NCBI GenBank assembly: GCA_977020255.1
Contig: CDROCS010002469.1
Location: 248,001-312,000, forward strand
Length of the DNA: 64,000 bases
Direction of reading: 5' to 3'
DNA from: Obrimoposthia wandeli
Lineage: Eukaryota
Shown in pieces: positions 20,116 to 29,069 of this stretch (position 1 is the first letter of the stretch; every line of letters begins with the position of its first letter). Both the position numbers and the translations under genes were made by a program. The notes beneath the pieces are model-generated. The model worked only from the letters and a program-made list of their open reading frames with translations, was not told the DNA's origin and searched no databases.

Positions 20116-21549
20116 ATGTCCCGCAACAAAATTCAATTCGGCCGCCCTTCAAAAAGTAAAGTAAAACTAACGGATATTTCATTAACGATTGAAAACCTTA
20201 GCCTAGATGGGCGTGGCGTGGCGAGATATAAAGGCAAAACAGTGTTTGTTGACGGGGCAATTCCCGGTGAAACGGTAAGTGTCAAAATCACCCAGCAACA
20301 CAAAGCGTTTGATGAAGCGAGCATTCTTTCGATTGAAGAGCCTTCACAGCTTCGTATTGAAGCTAACTGTGAGCATTTTAATCACTGTGGTGGTTGCCAG
20401 TTACAGCATATTGAAGCAGATGCGCAATTACACTTTAAGCAAAAAGCGGTACTATCGCTGTTAGAGCACAACAGCAAAATCACCCCGTTGAATATAGCTT
20501 CACCTTTAGCCTCTAAATCCGTTAATTACCGACGCACTGCGCGAATCGGTGTTAATCAACTTGGGCAAAACCAAGGAGCCATTGTTGGCTTTAGACGCAA
20601 AAACAGCAGTAAGCTATTACAAGTATCAAAGTGTAATGTACTTACTGAAAACTTTGCTTCGTTATTTGATCAACTTCGTGAAACGTTAGAGCAAATAGAA
20701 AATGCCAAAGCGATTACCCATGTAGAACTTTTACAAGGTGATAAACAAGGTGCCCTTACCTTTCGCTGTAAAGCAATACTGAGCCCTGCTTCTTGTGCAT
20801 TACTAGAAAGAATGTTGCAAAGCTTAAACCTACAAGGGTTTCTTCGTTACGACGATTCCTTAGTCAAATTAAAAACATCTGGGACGCAAGATTTAGAAGA
20901 GACTTTAGATTATAAAGTTAACGATTTAGTTATCAGTTTTAAACCTGGCGATTTTATACAAGTTAACGCATTAGTTAATCAACAAATGATCAACCGAGCA
21001 ATTTCCTGGTTAGCCTTAGAGAAGAGTGATGAAGTACTGGATTTATTTGCAGGCCTTGGTAACTTCTCACTACCTATTGCCCAGCAAGTTAGTAAATTAG
21101 TCGGTATTGAAGGCAGCAAAACAATGGTCGAGCGTGCCACTGAAAACGCCAGCTTTAATCAGTTACAAAACTGCCAGTTTTACAGTGCTGATTTAAGCTC
21201 ACAAATCAATGATCAAGCTTGGTTCCAACAATCATTTAATAAAATTATTTTGGATCCACCACGCAGTGGCGCTTACGATGTCATCAGTCGTTTATTCGCC
21301 AAAGACACTGCACACACTAATATTAGCCATATTGTCTATGTGGCTTGCGATCCAACCTCTTTCGCTCGCGATGCAAAATTACTGGCTAGTTTGGGTTATC
21401 AAATACAAGAATTTTGTGTCATGGATATGTTTCCAAACACCACTCATATTGAATCTATGGCGCTATTTACCAAAAACAAGAATCCAATACCTGCCAGCCC
21501 TTTGAAAAAAACAGTTAAACGTAAAATTCATAGACTGACCAATTTTTGA
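20116..21549 (+). CDS. rlmD: 23S rRNA m5U1939 methyltransferase
   Basis: TRAM domain, CEHFNHCGGCQLQH Fe-S motif, FIQVN, LDLFAGLGNF, LDPPRSG, YVACDP, DMFPNTTHIE. Confidence 0.95.
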   Translation: MSRNKIQFGRPSKSKVKLTDISLTIENLSLDGRGVARYKGKTVFVDGAIPGETVSVKITQQHKAFDEASILSIEEPSQLRIEANCEHFNHCGGCQLQHIEADAQLHFKQKAVLSLLEHNSKITPLNIASPLASKSVNYRRTARIGVNQLGQNQGAIVGFRRKNSSKLLQVSKCNVLTENFASLFDQLRETLEQIENAKAITHVELLQGDKQGALTFRCKAILSPASCALLERMLQSLNLQGFLRYDDSLVKLKTSGTQDLEETLDYKVNDLVISFKPGDFIQVNALVNQQMINRAISWLALEKSDEVLDLFAGLGNFSLPIAQQVSKLVGIEGSKTMVERATENASFNQLQNCQFYSADLSSQINDQAWFQQSFNKIILDPPRSGAYDVISRLFAKDTAHTNISHIVYVACDPTSFARDAKLLASLGYQIQEFCVMDMFPNTTHIESMALFTKNKNPIPASPLKKTVKRKIHRLTNF

Positions 21550-22214
21550 TGATATCTGCCCCAACCCCTGATCCAAGCCTTAGCTGTACGCTTATACCTA
21601 TCATTTATAGCGACGATGATCTCATCATTGTCGATAAGCCTTATGACTTACTTTCTGTTCCAGGGCGCGGGCCCGAAAAACAAGATTGCTTAATCAGTAG
21701 ACTAGTTACCCAAGGATATAGTAGCGCTTTAATAGTGCACCGCCTAGATTATGCTACTTCTGGTTTAATGGTGGTGGCCCTCAATAAACCGACGCATAAG
21801 GCACTCAGTCGGTTATTTCAAGATAGGGCCATCAGTAAAAGCTATCAAGCGGTGGTAACTGGCGAACTGAGCTGTGAGCAAGGCACTGTTAACCAACCAC
21901 TGCGTTGTGATTGGGAGAATCGCCCTTTGCAAATAGTGGACTATGAATGGGGAAAAAAAGCAGTCACTCACTGGCAGATCATTGAGCGCAATGAAAAATC
22001 GACCAGAATAATGCTGTACCCAGAAACAGGCCGCTCTCATCAATTGCGCGTCCATTTACAGTGGTTAGGCCACGCGATTTGCGGAGATCGGTTTTATGCT
22101 GACACTCAGGGATTAAGCCAAGCCGACAGGCTCTGCCTGCACGCACAAAGCATTGGATTTACCCATCCTGTGAGTAACGAAGCCCTTAGTTTTACCCGCG
22201 AATGCCCATTTTAG
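21549..22214 (+). CDS. rluA: RluA family pseudouridine synthase
   Basis: VDKPYDLLSVPGRG, catalytic HRLDYATSG, TGRSHQLRVH, RLCLHA; ATG overlaps the rlmD TGA. Confidence 0.93.
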   Translation: MISAPTPDPSLSCTLIPIIYSDDDLIIVDKPYDLLSVPGRGPEKQDCLISRLVTQGYSSALIVHRLDYATSGLMVVALNKPTHKALSRLFQDRAISKSYQAVVTGELSCEQGTVNQPLRCDWENRPLQIVDYEWGKKAVTHWQIIERNEKSTRIMLYPETGRSHQLRVHLQWLGHAICGDRFYADTQGLSQADRLCLHAQSIGFTHPVSNEALSFTRECPF

Positions 22215-22269
22215 TCAATCTTTTTAAAACTCTACCAACTCACAATATCCATTGATTAGTATTCACATC

Positions 22270-22299
22270 AAGTAGCCTTTTACAAAAGGTTACTTTTTT
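22270..22299 (+). terminator. Intrinsic terminator after rlmD-rluA
   Basis: AAGTAGCCTTTT-ACA-AAAGGTTACTT followed by a T run. Confidence 0.65.
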
Positions 22300-22477
22300 G
22301 TGTTTTACAAACCGTGCATTATTAAATATATTCAGTTCACTGTTTTATTTACTTATCCCATTAAGTAGCAAATACAATATTAATAAGAAATAGTTACCGC
22401 TTATTTTAGCTAACACAACTTTAACTAAACCTAACTCAATCATTTCGGATCTGTTTAAAACTAAGGAATTAATAAAT

Positions 22478-23431
22478 ATGATAATATCCTGCGGCGAAGC
22501 GCTCATCGATTGCTTTAAGCACCAAGACTCACCTAGCTTTGATGCAATTATCGGCGGCTCCCCTTTGAATGTGGCCATTGCCTTAGCCAATGCTGGCAGC
22601 GATGCAGCATTAATGACAAACATATCCACCGATCAATTCGGCGAAATGCATATGGCCCACTTACAAAGTAATAATGTAGCCACCCAATACATCAGCCGCT
22701 CTGCACATTTATCAGGTTTAATGTTTGTGCAATACAACGCTGATAAAAGCGCCGCCTATAAATTTTACGGCCACGATACAGCTGAATTAAATTACCAACT
22801 TGATACCCTATCAAATGGCGAAAAAGCACTTTTAACCGATACTATTAAGTGCTTACATTTCGGATCCTTCTCTCTCGTTTGTGGGCAAACAGCCACCAGC
22901 TTTGCGCAACTTATAAAAGAACAACATCAACAGCGCATCATCTGTGTTGATATTAATATCCGCATTGCCATAGAGCCTAACTTACAGATCTGGTCAGATA
23001 AATTTGAACAACTAATGCAACAAGCGCACATTCTAAAAGCCAGCTCAGAAGATTTATGCCTGTTATATGATTTAGAAAAGTTCACCAAACAAGACGCTTT
23101 ACGTATTATGACTCAATGGCGCCAAGCAGGTGTCACCATCGCTGTTATTACAGATGCCGAAAATGGTGCTTATGCGATGATTGACGAACAGCTCATTCAC
23201 GTTGCTGCACTTGATGTAGATATCATCGATACCGTAGGCGCTGGCGATTGCTTCATGGCCTTCTTTTTAAACCAGCTAGAGCAACAAGACCTTTTACAGA
23301 TAAACGCATTACCAGGTACCACTACCGAGCAATTGCACATAGCAGTCACCGCCGGCATTACAGCAGCCGCTTTCACAGTCGAACATAAAGGCGCACAGTT
23401 CCCAAAACATAGCGCTAGCACTCAACGCTAG
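22478..23431 (+). CDS. PfkB family carbohydrate kinase (fructokinase-like)
   Basis: GEALID, GGSPLNVAIALA, DINIR, ILKASSED, DTVGAGDCF. Confidence 0.93.
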   Translation: MIISCGEALIDCFKHQDSPSFDAIIGGSPLNVAIALANAGSDAALMTNISTDQFGEMHMAHLQSNNVATQYISRSAHLSGLMFVQYNADKSAAYKFYGHDTAELNYQLDTLSNGEKALLTDTIKCLHFGSFSLVCGQTATSFAQLIKEQHQQRIICVDINIRIAIEPNLQIWSDKFEQLMQQAHILKASSEDLCLLYDLEKFTKQDALRIMTQWRQAGVTIAVITDAENGAYAMIDEQLIHVAALDVDIIDTVGAGDCFMAFFLNQLEQQDLLQINALPGTTTEQLHIAVTAGITAAAFTVEHKGAQFPKHSASTQR

Positions 23432-23475
23432 AGAGATGAATAGATACAGGAATAGACAGGTAGGTAGGAAAAACT

Positions 23476-23793
23476 ATGAGCAGCATAAAGCACTGTGTAT
23501 TCATTGAATTCAAAGCAGAGTTCAACACCCAACAAAGACTAGACATACTACAAAAACTAGCCGCACTAAAACCTTTAATCCCAGGTTTCATAACAATGGA
23601 CTTCGGCCAAAACCTAGATTTAGAAAGCAAATCAAACTGTAATGCAGGCTTCACTATCGATTTTGAAACCCAAGCCGCACTAAGGCTTTATAGCCAGCAT
23701 CCACAACATCAACAACTAGGCGCAAAGCTAGTAAGTATGTCGGTAAATGGTGCGGATGGCATTATGGTTTATGATATTTTAGGCGCAAATTAG
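23476..23793 (+). CDS. Dabb family (stress-responsive A/B barrel) protein
   Basis: IKHCVFIEFK, LAALKPLIPG, FETQAALRLYSQHPQH; GTAGG RBS. Confidence 0.85.
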   Translation: MSSIKHCVFIEFKAEFNTQQRLDILQKLAALKPLIPGFITMDFGQNLDLESKSNCNAGFTIDFETQAALRLYSQHPQHQQLGAKLVSMSVNGADGIMVYDILGAN

Positions 23794-24035
23794 TACATCA
23801 ATTTTTTAGATAACGGTATAAATAATTTTCACAATAAAATCCTATAAAGCGGCTGCTTAAGTCTCAATGTTGCTGCATCGTTTACATACAACTCTGCCCA
23901 CAACACTTGAACAAAGTAATTGATTACCTTATTAATCATATTTGAAACATTCAAGTTCTATCATTCATTAACTAGCTGCGCCATCATGCTAAACTTCAAC
24001 ATTCACTTCAAACCTAAATTTTGATAAGAGACACC

Positions 24036-26447
24036 ATGAAATTACGTATTTTGGGCTGTAATGGCGGAATAGGACATAAATTAAGGACTACTTCTTTTTT
24101 AGTTAATAACCGTGTATTACTTGACGCTGGAACAGGGGTCGGAGAATTGACACTTGATGAAATGTTATCGCTTCGTCATGTATTGTTAACACATGCCCAT
24201 TTAGACCACATTGCTGGTTTAGCGCTGATGTTTGCCAGTATTTATGAAAACATGCTCGAAGCTGTGACTATTTACGCGCCAGAAGATGTATTAGCCATCT
24301 TAAGAAAGCATTTATTTAATTGGCAACTTTGGCCTGACTTCAACCAACTACCTGATCAAGACAACGCTACTCTTAAGTTTCAAGCGGTTGAAGAAGACAC
24401 AACTATTACCATAACACCTGGCTTTACGATAACGCCTATTGCATTAAGTCACACCGTTAAAAGTGTTGCCTATATCATTGAGCATAATGATGTAAAACTC
24501 TGTTTTTGTGGTGATACAGGGCCCACAAATAAAATATGGCGAACCATTAATAATTTAGAAGGTGTAGACCATCTTATTATTGAAGCATCTTACCCTAATG
24601 AACAAGCTGACTTAGCGCAGCAATCGGGTCATTTCACACCAAAATTACTCGCGAGCGATCTCAATAAACTCAATCAAAAACCAAGTGTTCATATTCAACA
24701 CATGAAACCAGGTTATGAAGAGTGCCTCAGTTTACAATGTAAACAGGAATTACAAGGTTTCAACTTAAATATTTTAGCTCGATGTGACGTTGTTGAACTA
24801 GCAAAAGGTGGTCAATTCAGCATTATCAGTACAACAAAGGACTATAAGAATATTGAGCAAAACTTGTCAAAATTAACCGATATGGCGATCTCTTTATCGA
24901 CGGAACAAGACAATGACCTATTACTTGAAAAAATCCTCAACAGCGCCAAAGAAATAGCCAATTCTGATGGTGGCACAATTTACACAGTAAAAGATGAACA
25001 ATTTTTACAAATGGACATTGTGAAAAATGATTCTATGGGCATCTCTTTAGGAAAAAGTAATTCCAATAAATCCAACTTTGCTCCTCTGCCGCTTTATTTA
25101 GAGAATGGTGAGCCTAATAAGGAAAACGTGGTCACTTGTGCTATTCATGAAGATATCATCATTGATATTAAAGATCGTCATGCAGACAGCCATTATGATT
25201 TTAGCGGAGCGCAACGCTTTGATGAAAGTACAGGTTATAATTCTATATCTTTCTTAACCATCCCCATGAAAGATCACAAAGGAGACATGATTGGCGCCCT
25301 TCAACTAATCAATGCCCTAGATAGTAATGGTAAAGTTATTCCCTTTAGTCATCAAATATCGACCTTAATAAAGGCCTTAGCTTCACAGGCTGCTATTACA
25401 TTGACGAATAAGAACCTTATTGATGAACTTGAATTACTCTTTGAATCCTTCATCAAATTACTCGCGGGTTTAATCGACGAAAAATCACCTTATACGGGCG
25501 GTCATTGTCGTCGAGTCCCAGAGCTAACGATCATGCTTACAGAGGCAATCCATGCGACACCAAATGGGCCTTTAAAAGACTTCTATATGACAGAAGATGA
25601 TCGTTATGAGCTAAAAATAGCGGCTTGGCTACATGACTGTGGAAAAATCACTACCCCAGAGCATGTTGTTGACAAAGCCACTAAACTTGAAACTATTTTT
25701 GACCGTATTCACCTTATTGATGCTCGTTTTGAAACGATCAGGCGCGATCTGGAAATCTCACTTTTAAAACAGCAACTCACCGCTTCACAAAATAATGTAT
25801 CAGTCAGTAATGACATAATTGAGCACTACAAAAAATCACTCTCAAGAGTTTCTATCGATCAAGCCTTTATTCAACAGCATAACTCAGGCGGAGAATTTAT
25901 GACGGTAGAAAATCAAGATCAAGTCATAGAGATTGCAGAGCGCTATCAAATTACTGACTACCAAGGTGAAAAGAAGAGTATCTTATCTGCTGATGAAATT
26001 GAGAATATGCAAATTTCACGAGGCACTTTAAATGCTGCTGAGCGCGAAATAATCAATAAACATATCATCGTCACCATTGATATGCTAACAGCTCTTAAAC
26101 TACCTAAACACCTTAAAAACGTTCCCGAAATTGCCGGAGGTCATCACGAACGGATGGACGGAAAAGGCTATCCTTACGGCCTAACAAAAGACCAAATGTC
26201 AGTTCAAACGAGAGCAATGGGCATAGCTGATATTTTTGAAGCACTGACCGCTTCGGATCGACCCTATAAAGAAGCAAAAACTATCACTGATTCGTTAACG
26301 ATTATGAAGCGTATGAAAGATACGGGTCATATTGATGCTGATATTTTTGACATATTTGTCCGCAATGAAGTTTATTTAAAATATGCTGATAGATTTTTAA
26401 CTTCGCAACAAAATGATCAAGTCAACAAAGATGATTTTCTTGATTAG
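24036..26447 (+). CDS. Fusion of MBL-fold 3',5'-cyclic nucleotide phosphodiesterase, GAF and HD-GYP phosphodiesterase
   Basis: N-terminal LGCNGG, DAGTG, THAHLDH, GDTG, GHFTP; central GAF (DGGTIY, LTIPM, IGALQLIN); C-terminal TGGHCRRV, WLHDCGK, HHERMDGKGYP, DIFEALT, RPYK. Confidence 0.92.
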   Translation: MKLRILGCNGGIGHKLRTTSFLVNNRVLLDAGTGVGELTLDEMLSLRHVLLTHAHLDHIAGLALMFASIYENMLEAVTIYAPEDVLAILRKHLFNWQLWPDFNQLPDQDNATLKFQAVEEDTTITITPGFTITPIALSHTVKSVAYIIEHNDVKLCFCGDTGPTNKIWRTINNLEGVDHLIIEASYPNEQADLAQQSGHFTPKLLASDLNKLNQKPSVHIQHMKPGYEECLSLQCKQELQGFNLNILARCDVVELAKGGQFSIISTTKDYKNIEQNLSKLTDMAISLSTEQDNDLLLEKILNSAKEIANSDGGTIYTVKDEQFLQMDIVKNDSMGISLGKSNSNKSNFAPLPLYLENGEPNKENVVTCAIHEDIIIDIKDRHADSHYDFSGAQRFDESTGYNSISFLTIPMKDHKGDMIGALQLINALDSNGKVIPFSHQISTLIKALASQAAITLTNKNLIDELELLFESFIKLLAGLIDEKSPYTGGHCRRVPELTIMLTEAIHATPNGPLKDFYMTEDDRYELKIAAWLHDCGKITTPEHVVDKATKLETIFDRIHLIDARFETIRRDLEISLLKQQLTASQNNVSVSNDIIEHYKKSLSRVSIDQAFIQQHNSGGEFMTVENQDQVIEIAERYQITDYQGEKKSILSADEIENMQISRGTLNAAEREIINKHIIVTIDMLTALKLPKHLKNVPEIAGGHHERMDGKGYPYGLTKDQMSVQTRAMGIADIFEALTASDRPYKEAKTITDSLTIMKRMKDTGHIDADIFDIFVRNEVYLKYADRFLTSQQNDQVNKDDFLD

Positions 26448-26756
26448 CCTCAACAATGACACACGCCATGATTGACGTACTTGAACCGAAACCTGGAAAA
26501 CAGGCAGACGACCTAATAAAGACTATTAAACACTGAACTGGCAGCATTTACTTAGACCGAGAGGAACGCCATATTTTAAATGTCTTCTCGCAAGGGCTAT
26601 TCTTTTGCTAGCATCTGTTTGAATCAACAGCCTTCATCTGCAAACTCTTACATCCATTTTATTTACGGCGTATTTTCATAGCGGGGTAATCTTTTATACT
26701 GCTCTTCAAATCAGCTTGTCCATTCCCTCTTTTCGACAAAAATCAGCATCTGATAT

Positions 26757-27005
26757 CATTAATGTCCGGCTAAATTTTTGTTGTTCTTTAACTCATTGAT
26801 TTTACGTTAGCCACAAGTGTTATTCGTCTGAAAAAATCCAATTTACCATGCTAGAAAACCACAAATCAATGAGTAAAGAGCTTACACTTTTTAATCGGAC
26901 AGCAATGTTTACCACAAGTATTATTGGCCGAAAAATCCAATTAACAATGCTAGAAATCCACAAATCAATGAGTAAAGAGTTTAGGCTTTTTAACCGGCAG
27001 CAATG
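26757..27005 (-). repeat. Family A element (26757-26907) followed by a tandem partial copy (26912-27005)
   Basis: Both segments end in CACAAATCAATGAGTAAAGAG...TTTTTAA.CGG..CAGCAATG. Confidence 0.85.
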
Positions 27006-27193
27006 ATTTGATATAGCTAATTTATTACGTTTTAAATTCAAACTACCAGACCATGTACCTTGTATTTTTCATAGCAAACTCCGATTATTAGCGCCTTAGA
27101 ACTGCCAGCGTATAACAGCGTTTATATTTGGAGAAAGCGACTATTTGAATCGCTAAAGGCTTTCTCCTTAACAATTGATCAATCACTATGCAC

Positions 27194-28546
27194 TTATAAA
27201 TTGTAGCGCTTGAAATGACTTCGTACCGAAATATCAGCCACTGTTCTAGTTAAATAGTAACTAACTACATACTCATGAAAGTTGTCTTCGAAAATTGTTT
27301 CATTTTTAATACTTTTATAGTCACGTTTAGTAATATCGTAAGAATCAGTAATATTTTTAGTGATAACCTTGCCATTAATATCGATCACAATTTTTATCTC
27401 ATGTTTAACCATGTCGGGATTTATGTCTAGTAATCGGCTAATCAAATCCAACTTTATCGATGCTTTATATTCAACTTTTTTACCATCAATGAAATGATAG
27501 TATGCAAACGATTCACCTTTATCTGAAGAATGCATATTGCCCTCTTCAATCCCTTGGCGGTGATTTAATGAAGGAAGTCTAACCTCCTTGAAAACTGGTT
27601 CTAAAAAGTTACTCCCACGTTCAACCTCAACCTCAGCATAATAACGAGTCGACGCACTCACATCGAAATGCAACACATGACGTCCCTTTGAAATATCAAT
27701 CAAGGATTTTCTAGCATCATCAGCTTTAGACCCTTCTAATACCACTAACTGCGCTCCATCTATCAGCATTCTATCTGGATAAAACCTGACAAATGAAACC
27801 TCTGTTGACTGATACATAAAGTAGCCAATAGCGAGTAAAAATCCCGCAATTATTAACAGAACACTTGAAAATAATTTAGGGACCGCGCGTTTTTTATCAC
27901 CTTTTTTTGGAGGAGACGGCTGTGCGTAATTGGAGTCAACCACTTCATAAATTTCAATTGGATTTGGAATACCCTTTAGGAAATAACTACCGTGAAGCTT
28001 CCAAATTAAACTATCATTACTCGCAAGCCAACCTTTGGCACTATCAAACACCGGATAACTTAAATATATTTGACCACCATCAGCCAGACTCTCAATACGT
28101 GATGCGCGATTCACATGACGTCCGAACACGTCAGCCTGAATTTTGTCATCAATCGTCACTTGCCCCATATGCAGGCCAATGCGGACGGCTATACTTTCAA
28201 ATTCGTCATTAGATTCATTAAATTCTTTAATTTGTTGCTGAATCATTAAAGCGCGTTCTACAGCAGCGCTCGGCTCTGTGAATATTGCCATAACGGCATC
28301 ACCGATGAACTTCACTACTAACCCAACATTATTTTCTTCAATAATATCGCGCAGAATTTTATCGTGAATTTCGCGTAATTTAATCGAATACTCTTCACCT
28401 TTTTGCTCCGTTATTAAAGTGAAATCTTTTATATCCGTAAACATTGTTGTGATAACGGCGGTGTTCTTTTGCTCTAAGTATTTTCTAACATTTTGAATCT
28501 CGTTACTCGAGATATTCAACTCTTCAAACTCATTTTCAGTGGACAT
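27194..28546 (-). CDS. Class III adenylate cyclase: N-terminal catalytic domain, one TM, C-terminal extracytoplasmic domain
   Basis: MFTDIKDFT, VKFIGDAVMA, VRIGLHMG, ADVFGRHVNRASR; TM LFSSVLLIIAGFLLAIGYFMY. Confidence 0.9.
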   Translation of the reverse strand: MSTENEFEELNISSNEIQNVRKYLEQKNTAVITTMFTDIKDFTLITEQKGEEYSIKLREIHDKILRDIIEENNVGLVVKFIGDAVMAIFTEPSAAVERALMIQQQIKEFNESNDEFESIAVRIGLHMGQVTIDDKIQADVFGRHVNRASRIESLADGGQIYLSYPVFDSAKGWLASNDSLIWKLHGSYFLKGIPNPIEIYEVVDSNYAQPSPPKKGDKKRAVPKLFSSVLLIIAGFLLAIGYFMYQSTEVSFVRFYPDRMLIDGAQLVVLEGSKADDARKSLIDISKGRHVLHFDVSASTRYYAEVEVERGSNFLEPVFKEVRLPSLNHRQGIEEGNMHSSDKGESFAYYHFIDGKKVEYKASIKLDLISRLLDINPDMVKHEIKIVIDINGKVITKNITDSYDITKRDYKSIKNETIFEDNFHEYVVSYYLTRTVADISVRSHFKRYNL

Positions 28547-28623
28547 TCGCGTTCCTAAAATAACGATAGTGTAACTGGTATATCAAAATCCAAAAAAGAC
28601 TACAACAACAAACATTTATTACT

Positions 28624-28854
28624 TAGTGCTCATCCTGAAACGGGGTCGTCACGAGTACCCAAACACCTTTCTTAGGCACTTAGCAATACGCTCGTTCCAT
28701 TTAACGACCGCACATTCACCTTCAAGAAGTTCGTGAATTCTAGAAATAAATATTTCGAACCAATAGAAGTTCAACTCAATGCTAGCAATCCGTCTGGTGG
28801 ATCAGCTGGGTAATACCTAATTTACTTTCTCTAAATAGTCTTGTTAGCTCATTA
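28624..28854 (+). ncRNA. Structured non-coding element, copy 1 (IS110 left-end/bridge-RNA-like, tentative)
   Basis: Shares TAGTGC(T)CATCCTGAAACGGGGTCGTCA, an ATCCGT..TGGAT hairpin, TA.TACCT and AGCTCATTA in the same order with 40300-40473. Confidence 0.45.
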
Positions 28855-29069
28855 TGTTAATAAACAGGTATCACTCCAGCAATAGCCATTTTCCTCTTAC
28901 AAAAGCAAAAATCAATCCCATTTTATCGTTCGTACTACTAGCTTAAAATTAACTAACGACCTACAATATTTAGATAATAACCTTATATAAATATTTAGAC
29001 TTTGAACGCTCCCTTTTGTATATGCTAATTGAAGTTTATTTCCACTCTCCGTGTTATAGGAGTTAAAGA

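Noticed and set aside
28624-28854. c-di-GMP-I or ZTP riboswitch upstream of the EAL gene
   Set aside because: Neither the GG-CAAA..GAAA..GGACGCAAAG pattern nor the full ZTP pattern is present
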